A DNA stretch of 64,000 nucleotides from Octopus bimaculoides (GCF_001194135.2 NC_068990.1:30430227-30494226); one strand, 5' to 3'; shown: positions 1 to 14,077, counted from the first letter of the stretch. Notes: generated by a model not told the origin, from the sequence alone. Program-made: numbers and translations.

Positions 1-169
1 TTTCAATTTCTCTTTGCCAAATTCAATTGTAAAGCTTTGGTTGTCCCAAGGTGCCATACTGTGGGATTGAATCTGGAACCATGTGATTGGGATATTATCA
101 ACAATTTGCACTGGGAAAACCTTGGAGTACAAATGATGTTATTGGTTGAGAAATCAATAAATAACAAGG

Positions 170-580
170 CATTGATTGTAATTTTTCTGAGTTCCTTAAG
201 ACAATCTGATCTCTCCACAATGAATTTCTTGGTTTTGTATTGTCTTCTTTGATTGTATTGTTTACTTTTTATGAATTTGCAAATGTCTATAGAATATCTT
301 CAAGGAGGCAAAGCAATCGGTTCTGCATTTGGGGTTAAATAAATGGTGTAACATGGTGGATAGGGTGGAATCTTGAGGCAAGCCTAATTTGACATGCACC
401 GAAGAATATTGAGACCATGAAATTCTGTCCAAGGATAACATCCGGCCTGAGACTGTAGGAACAGGCAGTGGCAGATGTTGGTACATTTTCAGCCTATTAG
501 ATGCCAGCTTCTCATATTCCGAACTCTGCTTCTGACTGGTTTAATGAGTAAAACATTCTGCTAAAACTGTCAGTGCCTCC
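170..580 (-). mobile_element. Highly decayed non-LTR reverse transcriptase fragment
   Basis: HVKLGLPQDSTLSTML resembles the RT motif GxPQGSxLSP; a YADD-like remnant follows. Confidence 0.4.
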
Positions 581-3500
581 ACTGTTGACTAAAGATTTCA
601 TTGATTGATTGTTAATCACAATGAGTGTTGAAAACACAATGGGTGTTCCAATGAGACTGAAAATGTAAAAGTTAAAGAAAATAATGTATTGGAGATTGTA
701 TCAGGACCTAGTTTATAACGAGACCCCGTTTGGTTTATAATATGATTTACACACCTGAGGAAAATGTTTTCTTTTTGAAAATTCTTGCAAGATATGACAT
801 TTCTTGCTAGACTCGCCCCCTCCTCAACTACAAAAACAATAACAGATCTGTGTACTAATGTATTTATTCAATGATTGATGCTACAGTTGTATGTTGAGTT
901 GAAATGCAAGAGAGAGAGAGCATTTGCTCATAGTGTGATCCGTCAATTATTAAAGAGAGAGAGAGTGTGTGTAATCTCCCCTTTCCCATATACATGTAGA
1001 ACCTTTGTCTTTTGTTTTTGCAGTGTATTTTGGTCCCTAATATATATTTTTACAGTAGCTTAGTTCTTGCAGGATTTGGTTTGTTCATTCAATATCTCAG
1101 TGGTTTTCTCCATATCTACCAAATAACCTATTCTCTCAACATCTAACAAATACTCTAAATATAACAAAATGGTTTTATAAAAATTTGTGTTTTGCATTTT
1201 CATTTCATGGTTACATGATGCTTCTAAATAAATGTCTTAATTTGATGAGAATTTCTTCTCAGACCTACAATAGTTGACAAGAGTTAATTTCTCTGCTGAA
1301 AAGAACTTTGTTTGATCTGACCAATTTACAATAATCATTTAATACTTTCAGGTGTAGTTCAGTTATACAGGTGGCACAAATTGTAATTTTGCATTGTTTT
1401 TCTCTTCCTTAATATTCTTAACTGTATGTAATACTTGTAGGGATGAAGTTAAACTGAAAAGGGCAGGCTAGGAGGTGGGGTTAATTCAGTTCATACATAG
1501 CTTGAAGAGTTTGTTTGTGTTTTTAGCAGGAAACAAGGAATTGAAGCTAAGTAGTGAAGCAATCATCAGACTGAAAAATTGTTGTTGCACTGTTACCATT
1601 AGTTAAACTAATCTATCAATTTGGTCGTTTCGGTTGTTCACATAATTTTCATAATCTCAACCAAAGTATATCCGCTGTTTACAGCAGTTACAGTTCATTA
1701 TATGTCTCATTACTTGATTATACACTTCATTCTCAGTACCAACTTCAATATTTACACATGTAAATTAATATATATATATATAAACACACACACACACACA
1801 TCTGGTTGGCATGTGAAGCAGCATTTGTGAAATAAACTTTTCAATCGATTTAAATATCTTTTGAGACCTGTTTGATCTGTAAAAAGACCGAAAACGAGAG
1901 TTTTTCTCTTTGATGCATCCTGGTGAAAATGGGCTTTTTTTTTTTTTTTTTTACAGGTTAATTATGTCCAGAATGTATTTAAATTGATTGAAAAGTTTAT
2001 TTCACAATATTACTTAACATGTCAACCTTGTATTTTGACCTAGCAAGCTGTTTGCTGCTTCTGTTTCAATATGTTTTAATTAACAACAATTTGGGAATTG
2101 CAATAAAATGCAAAAAGGTAACATGAGTATCTGTCAACTGCCACTAGAAGGTATGTGTTTCAAAATACTGTCTGGTTGCCAAAAAAGTCCAATTCCATAA
2201 CCTGAGTACCTTATATAAAATGTGTAGGATTATAAGATTTAGATTGGGATTTGGAACACTATCAGTTATGAACATTCTTTGTGGAAAACAAAAGATTTTT
2301 TATATTCAGGAATGGCAGTAATCTATTTACACTTACAAGATAACAATTATTGTGAATCTATTGAAAAAAAATCTGGTTGAGCAGAGCAGCAGATCTGAAT
2401 TATGGAATTTGCATATATTTCCTCTTTTTTAAGTCAGTAGAAAATATCAAAATTATACAGAGGAAATCTCATTTGCCATCTGTACTATTTTGTCATAAGA
2501 CTTATCAAAAAAAAAAAAAAAAAAAAACCAGACACTTTCTTGGAATTTAATGAGGACAAAATGTCTACCTAGAAAGTAATGTCTTCATTTCCGTTAATAC
2601 TCAACTCCTTCTTCAATAGGATAAAGCCATTCACTTTTGGACAAGGTGCAGCTTGTGTCTTACGCATCAGTCACAGCTGTAAATGAGATGCAGTTGTGAG
2701 TAACACAGAGGCAGACATTTTGATGTCAGTTTTTGATATTTTTTGAAAGCAGTAACTGCTTTTCAGACATTGGAAGAAGTTGGACTATTAAGGATTTTGT
2801 TTAATTAGAAAAATGTGCTACCCATTTGCTGTAATAAACTAACACCTTAATGAATATCGTCCATTTCCTTTTTTGTAGAGGAAACTTTAAGGTATTTAAG
2901 AAGCAACAACTAATCTGGAGCAAGTATTTTTAATGCCATAACCAAGAAAATTGATGTGTGTTTTACCATAAACTCATTTTTACTAGAAAGACAAGTAACA
3001 AGATCTTGGACATGACAGAAATGCCTGAAGATTTATTTCTTCATCTTCTGTGAAGTTAGCACATACAGATGTCATCTATATATGATGAGCAGGTAGATTC
3101 AAGATTATTCTGTGAGGTAATTTAACCAATCACTTGTTGAAAGCCTACTCCAATGTCTGTAAGACTAAATGGTAAAAAAGAGGTCTTATATACTGATGCA
3201 ATTGTTCCAAGATGTGGATAGTAATTTGAGGATAGTCTTTGATTGCCAATGGTAGTTAATACATACATTTCACCAATTCTGCACAGAAATACCAACTGTG
3301 ATAAAGTTATCAGTACAGTCATTGTCAACTAAAATTTGTATTAATTGATTGTTAATTGATTGTTAATTACAATGTTAATGAGTGCACAGAACAAATGATA
3401 TTCCAATAAAGCTGAAAATAACCTAAAGTTGGTATTGGAGATTGGTTTATTGCCATTTTTTATAATGGCATCCTGTAGGTTTATTACATGAATTTCACAT

Positions 3501-3821
3501 TTAGGAAACAAGAAATCATTTCTTCTTCCACTTGTGACACGTCTGTTCCTGGACATTTTCAACAATCATCTTTATACTCTTCACAAAAAATAAATGAAAA
3601 TAAAAAAAACAATTCTGAAAAGCAACAGATAAATTAGCTTTTTGTTCCATGTCCTTTTTCGTAACCGTAGTAAACCTTACTAGGATATCCTGATAATAAA
3701 TGCTAACATCCAATAGAGCTAAGTCTAATTCTCTGACTTGTGACATAGCAGTTTTCATGTCCAATGTTTCATTTTCAAGTAGTTTGAATCTTTATATCGT
3801 TTAAGTGAAGCTGCATGAGTA

Positions 3822-4140
3822 AGTGGTTTGGGCATTTGTCTTGTGATTGTAAAGTTGTGGGTTTGATACCCAGCAGTGCGTTGTGTCCTTATTCAAGTAA
3901 ATCATCCAAGAAGTGATAGAGCAAGGCACTTCAGGCCACTCAGCCGGCAAAAATGAGTTGTACATGTAATTCAAAGGGACGGCCCTGTCACATTCTGTGT
4001 CCTGCTGAATCTCCCTGAGAACAATAAAGTGGGGCCACATGTCTGTGGAGTGCTCAGCCACTTGCTCGTCAATTTTGTGAGTAGGCTGTTCTGTTGATCA
4101 GATCAACTGGAACCCTCGTCATCTTAACCAACAGAGTGCC
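3822..4140 (+). mobile_element. tRNA-derived SINE family B
   Basis: tRNA-like head, then CCACTCAGC..AAAAATGAGTTGTAC..GTGGAGTGCTCAGCCACTTGC..GATCAACTGGAACCCTCGTC; homologous copies at 27755-28020 (-), 32462-32775 (+) and 50930-51240 (-). Confidence 0.8.
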
Positions 4141-5759
4141 ACTAGTTATTCAGAACTAACAGCATCCATTTTGAATCTTTCATATACGTTTCAAACAACA
4201 CTACATGGGAGTTATATTCCTTAGCTATGAGTTTTAAGGCTCGAAGACATTAATTTGGAGGTTCTCTTAGCTATTGTTTTTAAGATACAAATTTATGTCA
4301 TCTCTGGTTTCATATAGCTATCCTTTAGGCAGTTTATTGTGTCCTTGTAATTATCGAAGTTTATGGGAATGTGTAAGCCATCAAGGTCAGAAATACTGGC
4401 AAGAAAATTTTCAAATGTATGAGGAAGGGCTTCCATTTGTTCGAAAGCATGCCAAAGCTGACATTGGTGACCAATGCCATTCTCAGGCAAGTCAGATCCT
4501 GTCAAATCATCTAACCTATACCGCCATGGAAGATGGACATTAAATGATGATATGTAACAAGTGTTTGAATTCCAAAGAGGCTGCCACAGATTGTGAAGGA
4601 ATTGTGTAGACTCATGTAGGGCCATAGCCCTGTTCTTGTTTAATTTGATGAATGAACTGTTATAAAGAAATCATAAGGAATCTGTATACTATTAACTTTA
4701 TTCAATGAATAATGCTACAGTTTAACATTCGGCTTGAGCAAGGAAGAGCACATGGCCTTCACGTGATACAGCAATTATTGAAAAAATATAGAATGACAAT
4801 TTCAATAATTAAAAACTAATTTTATCTTTGCCATTTCTTATTCCAACTTGTAATTTTATCTTTGACAGTTTTTATCATCTTTCGTTGAAAACACTTCCAT
4901 CATTTAACTTTTTCACAGACTAAGTAATGGTTCCTTAGTCTTCTACTTAGTCTAAATAAATAAATGCACCACATTTTTTTCTTCTTCTTGATAATGAACA
5001 ATTGGTCCTCTGATTCCTTCCATCCAGTAGTGCATTCTAAAGAAGGTCACACACCATATATGTAAATGGTTTTAATGCATTGAAATAGAATTACAACATA
5101 CCATAAATATTCTTTGGGATTGCCACATTTCAAAAAAATACCTCAGTCACTTTGATTGTATTTCATTAAATGAGAAAAGTGAATACTACTCTGGCTCACA
5201 GAATAGAAATATATTGGAAGTTTAATGATGAATCTACTCTAATTATTTATTTACTTATCATCCTTGGTCTTTCTTTGTCTTTGTAAACTCTATGCATTAT
5301 TCTGCTGGTGCTTCTTTCTTTCAGTACCATCTTTTTGCTATCTTAGATCTATTTTTTTTCCATCTCAGTTTTCTCACCAATTCATAATGAGTGATCCAAG
5401 TAAAATTTATTCTGGCTACTTTGTAGAAGCAGTCTGTCCACTTGACAAACATGGCTATGTAATCCACAAAGAAGACAGCTGTATGTGATGTTTTTCATTT
5501 GGTATGGAACACATAACAAACCTGCAGTATTTAACTAATTCTTGACAAAGATGAATATATAATTCTCTCTTTGTCCTTATATGTAAAAAAAAAAACACTT
5601 AAGGGTCAGTGCTTATCTCTGTTTTGAAGTGGATAAATCTTGTCCTGGGTAGGATAGACAACACTCTCAGATGATCTTGTGTCTTTTCTCAGCATTTTGG
5701 TCAACAATGAAGAATAAAGCGTTGTACCCCCAAAATACCAGCTCCAGCTTTGAAATCAT

Positions 5760-6130
5760 GTCCAAAGAGCGAATAGTCTAAAATATTATCTGCTTTGTCA
5801 TCAAATTTCCATAAGACCTTAGTCTCCATACATCTATATCACTTCCAAAAAAAAGATGGCATTCTAAAGACCAGGTTTCCTATTTGGCATTTGAAAGCAT
5901 TTTAGGCTTGATCCATTGTTAATTCCTGGTGAAGCTCAAGAAAGACTTATAATGGAGGGCCTCTAACATCTCTGGGAAGTTGCAGCAGGTTCAACACACA
6001 AATGGCCATATGGCTGATGGGCAAAGTCTCATCAAAACACTACAGCCATTAACTCGCATGTGATCTCTATCATATCTCATCATAATCACGTCTCCCCCTC
6101 TGCATTAATATCTCTACCTAAAGATACCTG
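5760..6130 (-). mobile_element. Decayed RTE-like LINE fragment
   Basis: Weak frame-broken resemblance to the RTE RT C-terminal region on the minus strand. Confidence 0.25.
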
Positions 6131-7189
6131 ACTCTGTGTACTTGTTTCTCTTCTCCCTATTGTGTCTGACCTCCCAGATGCTACATAATCCCACACTAAT
6201 TGCTATTGCCAAGAATTCTTCTTTAGTACTGCGACCCCCTGAAATTCCTTCTTTTCTTATATTTTCCCTACAGATATTGACCCACAATAGCACCGAACTG
6301 AACATCAGCTACGATGATTTAACCAATCAGAAATGTCAGAGGTGAATTCCATCAACCTCTTGCTAATAATTAAAACTAAATTGGTAATGTTTTTATGATT
6401 AATGGGAAAATAATTTATCTCCTATTTCTGGGTACTTTGTGTCCTTTTTGTAATGAGCTCATCAAAAATCACTACTCCTACCCAAGCCATCTTCTTCATA
6501 CCCTAACTGATTTAACCCCTCGATCCCAAGTTATCTAGATTCTATCTTCATACTGTCTACTCTTAAATACTAACAAGCAATATTTTTATGTCTTTGGTCT
6601 TGATTTGGATTTAGTTTTTAATGTTAAGTGTCTCATTTGTCTCCTCTTGGTGGTATCTTAGTTCTATGGTGCCACATGGAAACTGGACAATTACATCTTC
6701 AAAATCCATTTTTTTCACTAAATTATTGCAATGTTTAGTGTTGCAGTAAAGATTGGAACTGGATATGTTTGATACCTTTTTTTTTTTTTGTCTTATAAAA
6801 ACTGAAATTCATCATATTTTATTTTGGTAGAACTTTATGGTTCTGAGTTCAACTGCTGTTGCTGTTGATTTAGTGACTCATATTTCTTCTAGGCAATTGG
6901 TAAAATATAATACCAATAATTCTCTAGGGGTACATAATTTAGTCATGTTTTAGTTAGCAGCTGAGGAATGCTGCTTTTTCAGATCATATCTGGAATGCAT
7001 TGTTTCAAAGCATAATATCCTGTATGAGTCCTCATAATAAAGTTCAAAAAAAAAAAAGAAAAAAGAAAAAAAAGAAACCATGCTGGATAATGGTACAGGC
7101 TTGGCTCTTTTTAAGAAGCTTGCTTTGTAACCATCTGGTTTCATGTACATTCCTTTTTTATTCACTTGACATTGGGCATATATATGTCT

Positions 7190-7400
7190 GTCTGTCTCTG
7201 TGTGCCTTTGTGTTTGTTCCCCCCACTGCTTGACAACCAGTGTTGGTTTGTTTACATCCTTGTAATTTGGCAAAAGAGACTGGTAGAATTAGGACCAGAC
7301 TTAAAAACTAAGTCCTGAGGTCATTTTGTTCAGCTAAACCCTTTGAGCCAGTGCCCCAGCATGGCCACCATCCAATGACTGGAATAAGTAAAAGATAAAA
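7190..7400 (+). mobile_element. SINE family A 3' half
   Basis: CTTGACAACCAGTGTTGG..CAGCATGGCC..AAGTAAAAGATAAAA. Confidence 0.7.
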
Positions 7401-9898
7401 TATGAAGTTTAATCTGAAAATTCAATCAAGTATAAATTGAAAGAGTTTACTTCTTTGCCAAGAGGCAAAGCCTGAGTGAATGGATTGAAGAAGCAGTTTC
7501 TTGGCTTCCATTGTATTTTGTGGAAGTTTACTTTGGCAAAATGATAATACTAAGAACCCTCTTTCTGTCCCTCTTTACCCTTCCTCTATCTTCTGTTCTT
7601 CATCCTCTTCTGTTTGTCTTTTCCTTTCATGTTCTAGTTGCTTACCATACATGTTTTCCATCACCAAATAACCAGCACCCCCACGGGTATCCTATGGCTC
7701 AGCTGAGGCTAATCTATAAGGGCCTAATGGTATTAGCCATGATGATCTGCTTGTGAAATTTCTATAAGTATCAGGATGGCTGTTTGTGTAATGATGGTGG
7801 TGTTATGTCTAGTTCTGAACCAGAAGCCAATGTTAAGTTATTGTAGTTGCTAATATGGATGGTGTTGTCAATAATGTTATCATTATTAAAAGCAGCAAGC
7901 TGGCAGAATTGTTAGCTGGACAAAATAATTGGCAGCATTTCACTCGTCTTTACATTGAGAGTTTAAAAAATGCTACCGTTGGGTGGGGGTTGATAAAATA
8001 AGTACCTGTTGAGCACACTGGATGTAATGTAATGAAGTAACTCCCCNNNNNNNNNNNNNNNNNNNNNNNNNNNNNNNNNNNNNNNNNNNNNNNNNNNNNN
8101 NNNNNNNNNNNNNNNNNAATTTCAGGCCTTGTGCCTATAATAGAATGGGTTATTATGAGTCTTACTATTGGAAGGAGATTGTCCATGAAACTAACACTAG
8201 TTATATCATGGCATTCTGACACCATTCTCTGAATAGCTTTGTTGTCATTAACATTGTGATTAATTGATGCTTAATTACGTGTCATTTAATTGGACAAGGC
8301 ATTTAATTGGGACAAAATAGCTGCTGCTGAATGTGTAAACTGAAAGATATTTAAAACAATTATTATTTTTTTTTTTGTTAGGGTTTATGGATGTAGGAGT
8401 AAGTGATTAAGAGGATCACTGGGTTTTAGGTTCACAGGGTATTGTGGACTACCCACAGTAAGTTTCTTCTGCCATGGCATTTAGTTGACCAAAGCTGGGT
8501 AACTGGGCACTGGAGAAAGTCTTCTGCTGGAATGTACCAGCTTTGTTGTCAATTGAATAGCCTTGAAGATTACCTTTAGGTAATCCCTCCCCATATATGC
8601 TCATATATACACAGATTATCTGGGATTTGAAGTCACAGTTTCATCCTAATGAAGCTACCTTAAGTTAAGAGTTGAAGTTTCTTTGGCTGACTCAACCAGT
8701 TAGACCATAATAAAACTCATGGTTCCATTGACTGGCCAACAGGAATCCATACCACCGACCAGAAGCATTAAAGCATTACACTGAAAAACCACTCAGGCTT
8801 TTGTTTTGTCCCTGTTATGTTCTGAGTTCAAACCCTGTTGGATTTCACTTTTGTCTTTTACAGTGTTACAGTTGATAGAACAAGCATCACTTATTTATTA
8901 AAGTCTGCACAATCAGATTCCATCTGCCATAAAAATTTGTTCTGTGCTCTTGTCAAAACATTTTATCGCCTGAATTTAAATCTCACAGGAATTAACTTGG
9001 CCTTTCACCTTTCCTGGGTTGATAAAACAATACTAGTTATATACTGAGATCAATCCGGGTTAATTATACCTTTTCTCTACAAATTTGTGGTTTTATGCTT
9101 ATGTCAGCAACCATTATCAAGGTAGTTGATTTTTTTCTGGATGTCATTAAATATCTTGTATGATAAATTCTTATGAAACTAGTGAGAGTCTTCATCAACA
9201 AAAACTGCTAACTAAATTTCTTAACATTTATCTATAGAAGAAAATAAGTCGTTAATGAAACTTTAAAATAATGGCACAAATTTGGCCTATTTTCATCGTT
9301 ATTTTTTATTATTTAGTGTCCATATTCCATCTTGGCTTGGGTTGAATAATTTGATGGGATTGAATGGGTTTGAAGACAGCATTGTGGCCCAGTGCTTCCT
9401 TTGCCATGGATTCTATGGCTGGATGCCCTTCTTAATGCCAGCCACTTTACAGTGCACCAGGTGCTTTTTATATGGCACCAGCATCAGTAGAAGGTGTGAT
9501 ATAGCCTGCAAGACTTAGATGCTCTTCAACTGAGTGGGGCTGCAGTAAATAGAGAGAGAAAGAGAGAGAGAGAGGTAGCTTTATATTAGGAAATGAGGAG
9601 ATAATGTATGAAAGAAGGGAACAGAACAGGTTTGTTACTGAAGAGGAGCCACGTGGTTACTCAGAGGGCACGGGTGGTCAGGATGGAAATGGAAAGAGAT
9701 AAAAATATAGGTTATGCGTTGTCAGAGTGGACCTTAAGGCAAAAGTTCAGAAGACATGAGTGGAGGGACATAATAAAGAGGTGTGGGTGTGTAGGGGTTG
9801 TTAGACAATTTATTTCTTGATATATATGTGTATTTGTGGTGAGACAGAACCTCTTGGCAATGTGAGAATATATGTGCATGCATTAGGTGTGGGACATA

Positions 9899-9931
<33 letters not shown>

Positions 9932-10448
9932 NNNNNNNNNNNNNNNNNNNNNNNNNNNNNNNNNNNNNNNNNNNNNNNNNNNNNNNNNNNNNNNNNNNNN
10001 NNNNNNNNNNNNNNNNNNNNNNNNNNNNNNNNNNNNNNNNNNNNNNNNNNNNNNNNNNNNNNNNNNNNNNNNNNNNNNNNNNNNNNNNNNNNNNNNNNNN
10101 NNNNNNNNNNNNNNNNNNNNNNNNNNNNNNNNNNNNNNNNNNNNNNNNNNNNNNNNNNNNNNNNNNNNNNNNNNNNNNNNNNNNNNNNNNNNNNNNNNNN
10201 NNNNNNNNNNNNNNNNNNNNNNNNNNNNNNNNNNNNNNNNNNNNNNNNNNNNNNNNNNNNNNNNNNNNNNNNNNNNNNNNNNNNNNNNNNNNNNNNNNNN
10301 NNNNNNNNNNNNNNNNNNNNNNNNNNNNNNNNNNNNNNNNNNNNNNNNNNNNNNNNNNNNNNNNNNNNNNNNNNNNNNNNNNNNNNNNNNNNNNNNNNNN
10401 NNNNNNNNNNNNNNNNNNNNNNNNNNNNNNNNNNNNNNNNNNNNNNNN

Positions 10449-10508
<60 letters not shown>

Positions 10509-11620
10509 TCTTTTTGGAATTTGGAGTTCTTTGTTACAGATACTATTTTGTAGCTTTAAGTTATCACTATTCATTTATTCTGACAGTGCTACTTGTAGTA
10601 ATAAATTGGTGAATTTCTAGGCAGCATTTATATTTTTAATGCTTCAGACACTGCTGGATTGAATGGTACAACCCAGGTGTTGAAACTATAATGATATCTG
10701 ATTGAACAGCTGATGATGGGAATGCACATATATTATGCTTGATTGTTAATTTCTTATATCTTAAATCTCCTTATTCTGAGTTGTCTTTTATTCTTCTAAA
10801 GTGATAAGGGTCTGTGGATTCATAGTTTGTTGGGACCTCTTACTTTGGTATTGTTTGGTTTTTCTTCTTCATAAGTACCCTAATTCAGCTTGGTGTCTAG
10901 TTTTAGAAGATTCTCTGGCATCTATGACAATCTGCAGCAGGTAACATTGTCTTGGAAGTTTTACTGCCAGCAGACTCCATCACCATTATCATCTGTTTTT
11001 CTCTGCTGGCATTGGTTAGACAAGGTATTACACCATCTCTCGTTAGCCACCTTGGTCTTTTGTCTTCTCACATGACATAAGTCTTTCATCATCTGACACA
11101 ACAAAGAAAATCTGTTGAGCATGTACTGGGGGTCAATGTAATTGACTTACTCCTCCCCTTAAATTGCTGGCCTTGTGCCAAAAGTTGAAACCAGTTATTA
11201 TTATTATTATTCAGTAGTCTTATGTTTGTATTCTTCCAGTGCACACTTGGGGGCATCTCTCAGGTGCCTCCTGTCTACGCAGTGTTTTTTTTGAGGGGAT
11301 GGGAGGTTTTGTATGTTTCCTTTTTGTAAATACTCTTTATACATTACCTTGTGGTGCTTATTCTCTGTCTGTTATGTATATTTGTAATTATTTGGGTTTT
11401 GATTAGGCTGTTGTCTGCAGGTTTTATTAATCGCCCTCAATGCTCCTACTATTAGAAAGACAGTTTTTCTTTTCAACATATATATTTTGGTTATCTCTAT
11501 TTTTAGTTCTTAATATTTGGATAATTTCTCCATTTCTTTTACAGATAAATTGTTTTTAGAAACTGATACTTTGATTTAGAGCTTCTTCCGTTCTTGGTTG
11601 CCCTAAGAAATCACTTTTAT

Positions 11621-12060
11621 CATTATTATTTTATTTTATTATTTTATTATTGTTATTTTATTATTTTATTATTTTATAATATGCTATATTAGTTAGCAGG
11701 GATATTGTCTTGAGGTTTAATAACACCAAATCTCAAATCTCAAGAGTCTTCCTAAAGACCCTTTCAGAATACAGGATGGCACTTTTCTGCAGAGAGACAA
11801 TGCATGTAGCAATTCCAATACCCTTCAGTGTCTTATATAGCATTTTGGATGTTATGCCAAGTGCACCAATTACCACTAGAATAACTGTCTCAGTTTTCTA
11901 AAATTTTTTCATCTTTCTAGTTCGGTCCTGATATTTCTCAATTTCTTTGGCATCCAGGTCTATGACCTGACACTGCTTGTTTTGTCCTCTATAATCATAC
12001 CTGGTCTTCTTGCTTCAATAGTATGATCAGTCTTTAGAAGGAAATCCCATAAAATCCTGT
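11621..12060 (-). mobile_element. 5'-truncated R4/Dong-clade non-LTR retrotransposon (restriction-like endonuclease C-terminus, decayed)
   Basis: Minus strand 12058-11733 encodes RILWDFLLKTDHTIEARRP..IDL..KEIEKYQD..VVIGALG..LQKSAILYSERVFRKTLEI* with a frameshift and a stop; A/TAA-rich tail at 11621-11680; (ATT)n at 12062-12100. Confidence 0.85.
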
Positions 12061-12061
12061 G

Positions 12062-12101
<40 letters not shown>

Positions 12102-13037
12102 TCTATTAGAGCCTCTGCAGGAATTGGCTTGTTAGTCTATTTTCCTTTTGTTAGATGTGTTGGTCTGCATCAGTTCCGTTAGAAGTGTTGGTCAATGTGT
12201 ACAAAGCAGAAAGTTCTGCTGCTTTCAACTCGTAATGCAATGGGCTGATACCTGCTGGGTGTGAGAAAAGTTTCGCAAACCTATTTTGGAAAGTCCCTAC
12301 TGTAGAGATAAGGCCAGGCAGAAGCTGTTAGGTCATATTTAAGAATATTTAATTTCATAGTTGAGATTATGGTACAACTCCTGTTAGCATTGGCCCCTTC
12401 TCCTTATGAGGATTTAAAAATAATAATAATGTTGAAATATATAAATTGAATGAAAACTTATGACACTCAGTATTTCAGAAATGATTAAGATTTGGTGCAT
12501 AACTTCTTCATGAAATGTTGTTGATTTGGCATGTACAAGTCCCTGTAGTTTTATTCTTGGTCTGGTTATTGTTTGATCACTTGTCCTAATAGAATGATTG
12601 ATGTGGTGTCTTCTCATTTGTTGTCTGCCATAACACACTGTCACAATAATGTAGTTCTGTAACAGCAGCAGACCTGCCTCAAACCCAGTTTTAAAACGAC
12701 GAAACTATGATTTGTTGTTACAACAGCTAAACTATTACTCTGGTAGGGTTTTACAAACAACTATCCTGACAAGAACTATTAATGGTAACAATGTCAACTG
12801 GTTGTAATTAATTCTTAGAATGTAGAAAAACATGAAGATAGTTTTAAAACAAGAATCCATAGTTTATGTAATATCTGTTAACAATATGGGAATTAGCAGA
12901 CCCTTTTGGATAGTGTATTAAAACAACAAGGATTTACAATAAGATTGCTGCATGTGTTACCTTATTAAATTTATATTTTCATCTAACCCTTTCATGGCCA
13001 TGTTTTACTGAAATACACAATATTCTCATTAATTTTT

Positions 13038-13342
13038 GAAATATCTCTTCGGACAAACCACATAGAGTGAGTATAATTTTGGATATTTTCCTTCTATGCT
13101 TGCATGTTGAAAGATTGTGTTGTTTCAGTGAAACAAATGAAAGCTATTAGAATAGCTGTGAGCAACCTCAGGAAGATAGTCATTTTATTTCAGTTGGATT
13201 GGGGGAGAATTTGGCATTTATAAGGGCAGGGCAATAACAGCATCGTCATCATCATCATCATCCCTCCATCCATTTTCCACACTGGCATGGATTGAACGGT
13301 TTGACAGGAGATGTCAGGCCAGAAAGCTGCACCAGACCCCAA
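13038..13342 (+). repeat. 305-bp dispersed duplicate of 14049-14353 (3' end of an FMNL exon, its donor and the intron start)
   Basis: Identical except one substitution (catggAttgaac vs catggGttgaac); offset 1011 bp. Confidence 0.95.
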
Positions 13343-13997
13343 ATTACTAGTTTCCATACTTATTTGAGTATTAAACTGATGTTTAGATCTTATCAATTAT
13401 TGAAGTAGCCATCTGTGTATCATATTCTGTAAATACATTGCAAAAGAAGCAAATTTACTGCAGAATTTATCTCTCGTGGACATGCTGTTTAAAAACAAAA
13501 AAATGTATTAGTAGCAGATGAAAACCATCCAACAGCAATGGTTGTGATTATGCTTTGTTTAATTTATTCTTACATGTCAAGACTTGTAGAACATAATTCA
13601 TTGTTCTTTGGGAATTTCATGTTTATAAATGAATGTACCTGTATGTATGTGTGTGTGTCTCTGTATGTGCACATTTATTGGGCAAGTATTTCTTGACTGT
13701 ATACCTGTTTGACTTATACCAAAATGTCTAAGACTGTTGCTGGTTTTGTAATAGAAAATCAACCATTTTGGGATTAAAACTTCATCCAAGACTTCTTTGT
13801 TTTTTGCATATGTTTCACTGGGGCTGATGTAATCAATTGACTCCCCCACTTTAAATCGCTGGCCTTTTTTGCCAAAATCTGGGATTATTATTATTATTAT
13901 TTTTCTTCTTCTCCTCTTGGCTAATCAAGTTTTTGAAAGTTTCAGTTGATTCATGGCCTTCATTTTAAAACTTTCTTATTTTTATTTTTCCAAACAG

Positions 13998-14077
13998 AAA
14001 AGGAAAATGCTCGGTGATGCAACATCTACCCAGGTTCTTAGAGATTTAGAAATATCTCTTCGGACAAACCACATAGA
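13998..14077 (+). CDS. FMNL: FMNL/Frl exon (GBD): [26 protein letters not shown](E); first exon found, gene is 5'-partial
   Basis: caaacAG acceptor and GA|GTGAGT donor; peptide matches the formin-like GBD motif [19 protein letters not shown]; phase 2 joins the next exon to give HIEWVREF. Confidence 0.95.

Noticed and set aside
6274-6341. Exon-like segment (ILTHNSTELNISYDDLTNQKCQ) with a good acceptor and AG|GTGAAT
   Set aside because: The frame needed to join the phase 0 exon at 13998 contains a TAG; no FMNL similarity; lies beside a decayed LINE.
9734-10620. Long ORFs across N-gaps (also 24999-25840, 40334-40600, 51968-52495)
   Set aside because: Artefacts of Ns and dinucleotide repeats translating without stops; only the FH1 exon portion is real.
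1-13997. Missing upstream FMNL exons (LPPDKAKLL..KKW, DPP..YLDP)
   Set aside because: Scanned by eye for these motifs and found none in a stop-free frame with splice sites; presumed upstream of the window or in an N-gap.
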